DNA from: an uncultured bacterium
GTDB lineage: Bacteria > Lernaellota > Lernaellaia > Lernaellales > Lernaellaceae
Length of the DNA stretch: 30,896 nucleotides
Assembly (NCBI GenBank): GCA_964534375.1
Contig: CAZHPN010000062.1
Location: 1 to 30,896, forward strand
Direction of reading: 5' to 3'
Notes under the pieces: generated by a model
Seen by the model: only the letters and a program-made list of their open reading frames with translations
Databases searched by the model: none
What the model was told of the DNA's origin: nothing
Translations under genes and position numbers: made by a program
Shown here: positions 24,151 to 30,896 of the stretch, one piece after another
Layout of the letters: each line of letters opens with the position of its first letter
Numbering within the stretch: position 1 is the first letter of the stretch

Positions 24151-25203
24151 ATGCCGCTGCGAGTCGCGTGGCTCGATTCCCTCAAAGGCCTCGGCATTTT
24201 GCTCGTCGTGTGCGGCCACCAATACCTGCCGCCAGCGCTCCACCAATGGATCTATTCGTTTCACGTGCCGCTGTTCTTTTTCATCTCGGGCTGCTTGTTC
24301 GACGCCTCGCGCTACGCCGGGCAGGCCGCGTACGCCCGCCGGCGCAGCCGGACGATCCTCGTTCCGTACGTCGTGTTCGGCCTCGCGACGTGGCTGCTCT
24401 GGGCCGCGGTCCGCCGGCCATTCGGCGCGTCGCACAACGTCGCCATTCCGTTGTGGAAACCGCTCCTCGGCCTGCTCTACGGCAACGCGACCGGCGACTG
24501 GCTGATTTTCGATTCGCCGCTCTGGTTTCTGCCCTGTATTTTCGTCGCCGCGAATCTGTTCTTCTGGATTCATGCCCACGCGAAAGGCGGCGTCGCCGGC
24601 GCCCTGTGTTTGTTCGCCTCGGCGGCGGTCGGCGCCGTCGTCGTCGGTTATCAGCCGTTCCCGGCGCCGTGGGGCGCGGACCTCGCGCTGTCGGCCGCGG
24701 TCTTCTTCGGCGCCGGGTATTGCCTCCGACCGGCGCTCGACCGCGCCATGACGGCTGCGCCGTGGCTCATTTTCGCCGCCGCGGCCGTCGCGCTGGCGGC
24801 GGCGAACCTCGCCTTGTCGTGGCGCAACGGGCCGGTCGACATGAACTCCCGCAGCTTCGGAAATCCGGTCGTGTTCTACGCGGCGGCGTTCGCGGGCATC
24901 GGCTGCTGGCTGGCCATCTCCCGCCTGCTGCCGCCGACGCGGGCGCTCGCCTGGCTGGGCCGCAACACGCTCGTCATTCTGGCGTTTCATCGGCCCGCGG
25001 GTTCGCTTGTCGAACACGTGCTCGGCCGCCGGCTGTGGAGCCTGCCTTTTTTGTCGTATAGTGCTTTGTTGTCATGGTCGGCGTTTCACGCGGCGGCGGC
25101 GGTGGTTCTGTGCGCGCCGATTGCATTCGCCGTGAATCGGTATTTCCCGTTTGTTCTCGGCAGGCGCCATGTCGCCGACATTCGACGTGAAGCGAAGGAG
25201 TGA
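24151..25203 (+). CDS. Acyltransferase family 3 membrane protein
   Basis: RVAWLDSLKGLGILLVVCGH, FHVPLFFFISG, LWFLPC and LGRNTLVILAFH motifs. Confidence 0.9.
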   Translation: MPLRVAWLDSLKGLGILLVVCGHQYLPPALHQWIYSFHVPLFFFISGCLFDASRYAGQAAYARRRSRTILVPYVVFGLATWLLWAAVRRPFGASHNVAIPLWKPLLGLLYGNATGDWLIFDSPLWFLPCIFVAANLFFWIHAHAKGGVAGALCLFASAAVGAVVVGYQPFPAPWGADLALSAAVFFGAGYCLRPALDRAMTAAPWLIFAAAAVALAAANLALSWRNGPVDMNSRSFGNPVVFYAAAFAGIGCWLAISRLLPPTRALAWLGRNTLVILAFHRPAGSLVEHVLGRRLWSLPFLSYSALLSWSAFHAAAAVVLCAPIAFAVNRYFPFVLGRRHVADIRREAKE

Positions 25204-25207
25204 GCGC

Positions 25208-25984
25208 ATGCGCATTTCGGTCAAAGAAATCAACGAAAAGCTGACGAAAACCGGTCCGCTGCAGCGCCGGATCATCGGCGTTTACGCTTGCGACGTCCGG
25301 CCGGCCGCGGCCTCTCCGGTCGCTTCGGTAATCCGCAACGGCAATCCGTGCCTGGCCAAGGCGTTGTTCAAGATGTCGGGCGATCGCGATGTTCCCGCCG
25401 TCTGCGTCAGCGAAGATGTGGCGGGGGAATCGTGCTTCGGCTTGATGATGTGGTTTGGTTATCACGAATTCCCGCCGCGGATCGACCTGATGTTCACCAG
25501 CGATTCGCCCTCGCGCGATTCGTTTTGCATCAAGCGGAACTCCGAGATTTGCACGGCGACCTTCCGCGACATAGGCGAGTTCTCGCCGATCGGCAAGGTG
25601 GTCGTGCTGCAGCCGCTCGACGACTTCGACGGCAGCCTCGGCGACCCGAAGTCGATCGTGTGCTTCGGCGGCGCCGATCAACTGCGAAACCTCGGGGCGT
25701 TGATCCATTTCGGCGAATCGCGGGCGTTCACGCCGATCATGGCGCCGTGGGGTTCGGGCTGCTCGACCTTCGTCGCGTTTCCCGCGGGGATGGCGAGCGG
25801 TTGCCCGAAGGACACGGCGTTTCTCAGCCCGGTCATTCCCGAGGCGAACGGTTGGCTGCCGGCGGACGTGTTCGCGCTGGGCATTCCGATCGCCATGGCG
25901 GCGCGCATGGCCGGCGATTACGAATCGTCGTTTGCAGTCAAAAAACCCGAATTGACGTACCCCGCCGTCAAAGAGCCGATTTGA
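25208..25984 (+). CDS. DUF169-like Cys-containing protein
   Basis: AAGGAG SD; spaced Cys residues, SCFG, DQLRNL and PWGSGC motifs. Confidence 0.65.
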   Translation: MRISVKEINEKLTKTGPLQRRIIGVYACDVRPAAASPVASVIRNGNPCLAKALFKMSGDRDVPAVCVSEDVAGESCFGLMMWFGYHEFPPRIDLMFTSDSPSRDSFCIKRNSEICTATFRDIGEFSPIGKVVVLQPLDDFDGSLGDPKSIVCFGGADQLRNLGALIHFGESRAFTPIMAPWGSGCSTFVAFPAGMASGCPKDTAFLSPVIPEANGWLPADVFALGIPIAMAARMAGDYESSFAVKKPELTYPAVKEPI

Positions 25985-26072
25985 CGCGGACGCAAACGGG
26001 CGGCGTCGCGGGAAATTTGCCGCGCGGCGGTCGAAAGACCTGCTAAAAGCCCGCGCTGTTGTCATTCGCTGC

Positions 26073-26241
26073 GCACACCTTTGCCGCGGCGGCAAAAGTG
26101 CGCCACCCAGTAGCCGTCTACCGATAACGCGATCGAAAAAGGGCCACCTCAACCCGGGTTCGAATCTTGCGTCCAGGTCGCCGAGGCAGCCAGCGCGGGG
26201 GTGGCACACTTTCGGCCGAGCTTGCGAGGCTGAAGGTGTGC
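26073..26241. repeat. Inverted REP-like doublet between convergent genes
   Basis: GCACACCTTTGCCG-cgg-CGGCAAAAGTGCGC-CACCC (26073-26108) and GGGTG-GCACACTTTCGGC...GCTGAAGGTGTGC (26199-26241). Confidence 0.65.
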
Positions 26242-26280
26242 TTGCATTCTCTTTGAAACGGACGCCGCCGCAAATGCTGC

Positions 26281-28350
26281 CTAACTCGGCAGCAATCCCC
26301 GCACGAACACCAGGGCGCTGCGGACCTCCGCGAGGAAATCGAGCAAGGCGCCGGGCATCGGTTTGCCGCCGAAGAGCGTGGCCGGATCGATGCCGATCTG
26401 GCGCAGCAGTTCTTGCACCGGCGTCGGCATCAGCACGCCCGGAATGTCCCAATCGCCGGTCAAATAGATGAGGTTGCGCGGCAGCAATTCCAGGCTTTGA
26501 TCGCCGGTCTGCGCGTTGATGGCGTTGACTGTGGAAACCAACAAATCGTCGGCGGCGATGAACGCGTCGAGCCCCTGGCCGAGCGTCGTCAGATTCACCT
26601 TGCGCAGCCCGCGAATCCGCCGCAGCATGCCCGTGAACCAGTTTCGCTCCTGATAAAGCTTGGCGGTCTCGGTCATGCCGAACGCCTGGCCGACGTCGCC
26701 GGCGCCGATCAGCAACTGCGCGGCCGCCCCCAGCAAATACGCGACGCCGGGGTCGATGCGGACCGTCCCGACGGCCGTGCTCCCGCCCTGTTCGGTCATC
26801 ACGAGCCGCTGCATGGTGTAGCCGAATTTCGGGTCCGCCGTCATGATCTGCGTGCGCGGCAGCAGCGCCTGGCCCACCTCGGCGCCCTCGCTGAGCGTTT
26901 CCTCGAGGAACTGCAGGAACGACGCGTCGCCCGATTGCCAATGGTTGATGAAGTTCAACACGTCCATCGCAAAGCGGATGCCGCCGATCAGCCCGCAGCC
27001 GAGCTGCGCGGTCGAGTTATTCGCATCCGCCCCGAGCGCCTGGTCGAACGACGCGATCGCCGCGTCGAAATTGCCCCGCGCGACGTAGAACCAGCCCCAG
27101 GTCGTCGGGTCGGCGTCCGTCGCCGGCGGCGAAATGTACGTGTCGCTCGTCGGCTGCGGCGGCGGCAGGGCGGCGGTGCGGCCCAGTTTGACGCGCGAGG
27201 TGACGGCCAGCAGCACGGCGCCGACGCCGTAATCCACCTGCTCGCCCTTCAGCACGTAGTTGTACATCGCCCAGGTCGACGGCGCGGTGCCGTACGACGT
27301 GCCCAGCAAAATCGTCTCGCCCGCGGCGTCCTTGACGACCTGATCGAGCGCGCCGGCCAGCGCACGGTCGGCCAGCGTCAATTCGTCCGCGGTCGCGAGG
27401 TTCGCTTGCGCGGCCTCGTAGATGCCGTACGCGACCAGCGGCCCGACGCTCGTTTCGAGATAGGTGTCGGGCCGATTCATGACCGTCGTCCAGCGATCAT
27501 CCCAGCGCTGCAGCGGCGTCATCCCGGCGAGCTGCGCGGCGAACCGCGTCGATACGCCGTCCAGACCCGGCGTCGACGCCGGCAGCAAGTGCATGGCCGT
27601 CCCCGAGGCGGCGATCACCCAGGCGTTGCCGCGGCCCCAATAGTCTTTCACGGGCGGGGTCAGGGCGCCGGTCCGCTGGTCGAAGCGATGCCGGTACATG
27701 CCGGTGTCGGGGTCGCGCAGGTGCGCGGCGAAGGTTGTGAATTGCAGGATCGCTTCGGTCCATGGCGCCGCCTGCTGATCGGCGGCGCCGACCTCGACCA
27801 GGAACGGCGTAATCATGTAAAGCGAATCGACCCAGATTTGCTGGGGCGTCTGCCAGCCCATGTGCACAAGCGCGCCGTCGGGCAGGCGCTGGGCCTTGTT
27901 AAAGATGTAGTTCTTCGCGTCGTCGACCGGCGCGCGGTATTTGGGGTCGCCCGTCTCCTGCCACAGGCGCAGGGCCAGCCGCGCGGGCGGCACGTGATCG
28001 TTGTAGGCGATGAAGTAGCCGATGGAAAGTTGATAATCCATCCACTGCTGGACGTAATCGTGATACGCCGCGTTCTGCGTCAATTGCCAGAGATTCCACA
28101 TGCCGAGCATCACGACGCCGCTGTCCCAACTCCAGCCCATCGTCTGCGGCGGATACGAGGCGATCCATTGGTCGGCGAGCGCGCGGGCCGTGGCCAGTTC
28201 GTCGCCCGCCGGCGAGGCGTCGTCATCGGCCGCGTCGTCGTCGATCGGCGCCGGCGAAGACGTCGTGTTGTTCTTGTTGCAGGCGAAGACCGCCAGCGCC
28301 AGAAGCGCGGCGATCGCCAGCCGCCAGGCAAGCTGCCTGTTCATGTTCAT
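26281..28350 (-). CDS. Lipoprotein: GH105/GH88-type glycoside hydrolase plus TPR-like and unknown helical C-terminal region
   Basis: Lipobox VFAC; WSWDSG, QIWVDSLYM..PFL, WGRGNAW, YLETS and YGVGAVLLA motifs. Confidence 0.85.
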   Translation of the reverse strand: MNMNRQLAWRLAIAALLALAVFACNKNNTTSSPAPIDDDAADDDASPAGDELATARALADQWIASYPPQTMGWSWDSGVVMLGMWNLWQLTQNAAYHDYVQQWMDYQLSIGYFIAYNDHVPPARLALRLWQETGDPKYRAPVDDAKNYIFNKAQRLPDGALVHMGWQTPQQIWVDSLYMITPFLVEVGAADQQAAPWTEAILQFTTFAAHLRDPDTGMYRHRFDQRTGALTPPVKDYWGRGNAWVIAASGTAMHLLPASTPGLDGVSTRFAAQLAGMTPLQRWDDRWTTVMNRPDTYLETSVGPLVAYGIYEAAQANLATADELTLADRALAGALDQVVKDAAGETILLGTSYGTAPSTWAMYNYVLKGEQVDYGVGAVLLAVTSRVKLGRTAALPPPQPTSDTYISPPATDADPTTWGWFYVARGNFDAAIASFDQALGADANNSTAQLGCGLIGGIRFAMDVLNFINHWQSGDASFLQFLEETLSEGAEVGQALLPRTQIMTADPKFGYTMQRLVMTEQGGSTAVGTVRIDPGVAYLLGAAAQLLIGAGDVGQAFGMTETAKLYQERNWFTGMLRRIRGLRKVNLTTLGQGLDAFIAADDLLVSTVNAINAQTGDQSLELLPRNLIYLTGDWDIPGVLMPTPVQELLRQIGIDPATLFGGKPMPGALLDFLAEVRSALVFVRGLLPS

Positions 28351-28425
28351 CGCTCCGTTGATGCGCGGTCGACCGCCGGTCCGCGAGGCCCGATCGGATG
28401 AGATCGCGGGGTGTTCGAACGTGCG

Positions 28426-28833
28426 TTAGCCGTCGGCCAGCGCAATTTCCGCCGTGCCATTGATAATGACTTCTTCGCCCTTTTGGTTGACGGCCTTGAA
28501 TTCCGCGTACGCGACGCCGTTTTCGACCTTGACCACCTGCGATTGCACGGTGACCGTGTTCTCCGGGTAAACCGGCTTCGAGAAGCGCACGTGGATCCGC
28601 TTGAGCGCGTAGGGGTCGCCGGCCCAGAAAGTGTGGGCGCGGGCGGTGTAGGCCATCGTGCACAGGCCTTGCAGGATGTTGCCGCCGAGGCCGACCATCT
28701 TGCCGAATTCCGGGTCGATATGGATGAAATTGAAGTCGCCGGACGCGCCGGCGTAGAAGATCGGGTCGTACTTGCCGAGCGTGTGCTTCAATTCGATCGT
28801 CTCGCCCGGCCTCACTTCGCTGCACTTTTTCAT
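28426..28833 (-). CDS. MaoC-family hot-dog dehydratase (catalytic, HadB-like)
   Basis: Hydratase motif YAGASGDFNFIH and RFSKPVYP. Confidence 0.9.
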   Translation of the reverse strand: MKKCSEVRPGETIELKHTLGKYDPIFYAGASGDFNFIHIDPEFGKMVGLGGNILQGLCTMAYTARAHTFWAGDPYALKRIHVRFSKPVYPENTVTVQSQVVKVENGVAYAEFKAVNQKGEEVIINGTAEIALADG

Positions 28834-29270
28834 AACGCGCCTCCCCGCACCACGAAGGTGTACAGCCCGGTGGTGACCAATTCGCCGTTCACCCGGCTTT
28901 CGGTTTCCAAGCTCACGACGAGGTTCTGCTTGCGCGCCTCGGCCGATTTGAGCCGGCCGGTGGTGAAGACCTCGTCGCCGTGCTTAACGGGTTTGTGGAA
29001 GAGGAATTCCTGCTCGCCGTGCACGAGCATCGGCATGTTGAGTTGCAATTCGCGGTCGAACAGCATCGCGCCGACTGTCTCTTTCATGTACACCACCGCG
29101 AACATCGGCGGCGCGACGATCTGGCCGTAGGGCCCGGCCTTCGCGGCCGCCTCGTTGCAACACAGCGGGTTCTTTTCGCCGGTCGCGTTCACGTATTCCT
29201 TGATCTTCTCGATGCCGACGATATATTTCGTCGGCGGGTAGGTCTTGCCAATGAACTTCGGGTCAATCAT
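28830..29270 (-). CDS. MaoC N-terminal-type hot-dog protein (HadA-like)
   Basis: EKIKEY..ATGE.NP, VAPPMF and VHGEQEF..HKP motifs; 4-nt ATGA overlap with its partner. Confidence 0.9.
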   Translation of the reverse strand: MIDPKFIGKTYPPTKYIVGIEKIKEYVNATGEKNPLCCNEAAAKAGPYGQIVAPPMFAVVYMKETVGAMLFDRELQLNMPMLVHGEQEFLFHKPVKHGDEVFTTGRLKSAEARKQNLVVSLETESRVNGELVTTGLYTFVVRGGAL

Positions 29271-29413
29271 GTTCGACTCCCGGAAAGAGTAAAAAGCGAC
29301 GGCCGCGATTATCGGCGGGCGAGGGCCGGGTTGTCAAACCGCGCCGGCGGAAACGGCCGGGTCGGTTGGCGAGAAATTGGGAACCATCGGGCTCGCGCGC
29401 CTTGACTTGGTCG

Positions 29414-29459
29414 TTGACGAAAGGCGGTCGAAATATTAGTCTTACTGACAAGAGTAAGA
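29414..29459 (+). promoter_or_regulatory. vapBC promoter with overlapping palindromic operator
   Basis: TTGACG-N17-TAGTCT; inverted repeat TCTTACT-gacaag-AGTAAGA (29440-29459) overlaps the -10. Confidence 0.7.
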
Positions 29460-29471
29460 ACGGAGGGCGCC

Positions 29472-29705
29472 ATGCGCATTACATCGAAGGGCCAGGTGAC
29501 GATCCCCCAGGCGATCCGCGAACGGCTCGGACTGTTGCCGGAGACCGAGGTCGATTTTGTGGTCGAGGGCAACGCCGTGAAAATTGTACGGGCGAAGAAA
29601 AACAAAAAACTCAGCCGCGGCGAAATGATCGTTCGTCGTTTGACGGGCTCCGGCACGATTAAGATGACCACCGACGAAATCATGGCGTTGACGCGCGGCG
29701 AATGA
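29472..29705 (+). CDS. vapB: AbrB/MazE-type antitoxin
   Basis: MRITSKGQVTIPQAIRERLGL signature; GGAGG SD. Confidence 0.9.
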   Translation: MRITSKGQVTIPQAIRERLGLLPETEVDFVVEGNAVKIVRAKKNKKLSRGEMIVRRLTGSGTIKMTTDEIMALTRGE

Positions 29706-30106
29706 GGCCCGTACTCGTCGATAGCAACGTGATTTTGGACGTCGCTACGCAAAATCCGGTTTGGTATGCGTGGTCGAGCGAACGAATCTCCCGTATTGCG
29801 GACACCGGTCTCCTCGTGATCAATCCGATTATCTACGCGGAAGTCTCGGTTCGCTTTGCGTCTGTTGAGGAGCTCGAACCGGTTCTCCCGCCGCTCGTGT
29901 TTCGCCGCGAACCGATTCCCTACGAGGCGGCGTTCCTCGCCGGAAAGGCGTTTCGCACATATCGAAAGCGCGGCGGGCAGCGCTCGTCGCCGTTGCCCGA
30001 TTTTTTCATCGGCGCCCACGCGGCGGTCGCCCGATACCGCCTTTTAACTCGTGACGCCTCCCGTTATCGGACGTATTTCCCTACGGTCGAAATCATTGCG
30101 CCCTGA
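29702..30106 (+). CDS. vapC: PIN-domain toxin
   Basis: LVDSNVILD, YAE, PDFFIGAHA and LLTRD motifs; ATGA overlap with the antitoxin. Confidence 0.92.
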   Translation: MRPVLVDSNVILDVATQNPVWYAWSSERISRIADTGLLVINPIIYAEVSVRFASVEELEPVLPPLVFRREPIPYEAAFLAGKAFRTYRKRGGQRSSPLPDFFIGAHAAVARYRLLTRDASRYRTYFPTVEIIAP

Positions 30107-30132
30107 ACCCGGCGGTCCCGCCGTCCCATTGC

Positions 30133-30896
30133 TCACGCCTGTGGTTCGACAATTACTTTAATCGATTCGGCGCCGCGGGCGACCAAATCGAAGCCTTCTT
30201 GGATGCGGGCGAGGGGGAGGCGGTGGGTAATCATGTCGCGCGCGCGGAAACGGCCGGCGGCGATGAGGTCGAGCGCCACGAGGTGGTCTTCCTGCGTGCC
30301 GGCGTAAGTGGTCGTCAGCGTGCGGTCGTTGCGCCAGAAAAATTGGTTGACGTCGAGTTGGAATTTCGCGCCTTCGTCCATCGGCGCAAAGAGCAATACG
30401 GTCGCGCCGCGCTCGCATGCCGCGAGACCCTGCGCAATCGCCGACGCCGCGCCGGCCGTGACGATCACGCGGTCGGCGAGCCGGCCGTCGAAGGCTTCGC
30501 GAAGTTTATCCGAGTTGAAGTCGTTGGCGAGGAACGTCGCCGTTGCGCCGAATTTTTTCGCTTGTTCGAGCCGGAAAGGCGACAAATCGGTCGCCGCGAT
30601 GAAACCCGCGCCGAGCGTCCGCGCCAGTTCGACATGCAGCAAGCCCGACGCGCCGGCGCCGATCACCAGCGTCGCGACGCCCGGCCCAACGCCGATCTTG
30701 CGCTGGCCGCGCAGCACGCACGCCAGCGGCTCGGCGAACGACGCCTCTTCGTATGACAGGCCGGCCGGGATCGGATACACGCCGCGGTCGACGTTGATCG
30801 CCGGCACGCGCACGAATTCGGCGAAACCGCCGGGGTCGAACGTGGTGCGGCGCAGCGTTTCGCAGGCGGTGTGATGGCCGCGGCGGCACAGCAGGC
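30133..30896 (-). CDS. Zn-dependent alcohol/polyol dehydrogenase (MDR family), 5' end outside the window
   Basis: Frame open to the window edge: LLCRRGHHTAC, GGFAEFV, EPLAC, GAGASG Rossmann motif, MITHRLPL, KVIV. Confidence 0.9.
   Translation of the reverse strand, partial: LLCRRGHHTACETLRRTTFDPGGFAEFVRVPAINVDRGVYPIPAGLSYEEASFAEPLACVLRGQRKIGVGPGVATLVIGAGASGLLHVELARTLGAGFIAATDLSPFRLEQAKKFGATATFLANDFNSDKLREAFDGRLADRVIVTAGAASAIAQGLAACERGATVLLFAPMDEGAKFQLDVNQFFWRNDRTLTTTYAGTQEDHLVALDLIAAGRFRARDMITHRLPLARIQEGFDLVARGAESIKVIVEPQA

Noticed and set aside
26150..26175. tRNA or 6S RNA around GGTTCGAATC
   Set aside because: The T-stem pairs poorly and there is no cloverleaf; the flanking pairing is explained by REP-like hairpins.
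603..28401. Long opposite-strand or alternative-frame ORFs (603..2651, 4466..6418, 7387..9564, 12301..15234, 14948..16774, 20790..22622, 24974..26941, 26413..28401)
   Set aside because: Arg/Gly/Ala-rich shadows of well-supported genes, expected at this GC content; no recognisable motifs.

Overview
High-GC bacterial chromosomal window. Gene content and Asp-rich lipoproteins suggest a Myxococcota/deltaproteobacteria-like lineage (inference only). Left to right: an Asp/Pro/Thr-rich lipoprotein followed by a TMTC-like (GT-C fold + TPR) glycosyltransferase, converging on a second TMTC-like gene and a secreted beta-sandwich protein ending in GCGC-COOH; alkA; mutS2; a lower-GC insert (IS1-family transposase remnant, small membrane ORFs, T-loop hairpin); a degenerate polyprenol-kinase-like membrane protein; an esterase lipoprotein bracketed by ~240-270 bp inverted composite repeats; an MFS transporter; a PNGase F-like lipoprotein; a type II secretion locus with tandem-duplicated gspC, then gspD and gspE (no gspF/G adjacent); an acyltransferase-3; a DUF169-like protein; a GH105-type lipoprotein; a MaoC dehydratase pair; a vapBC module; and a partial Zn-dependent dehydrogenase. 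Intergenic regions hold many short-period tandem repeats and REP-like hairpins. The best candidate for an undescribed system is a surface-protein modification and display pathway: two TMTC-like transferases, five exported proteins sharing a DDD-x-[ST]-P linker, a TM-less C-terminal GCGC motif, and a T2SS with two GspC paralogs. All family calls come from motif recognition; no database search was run.
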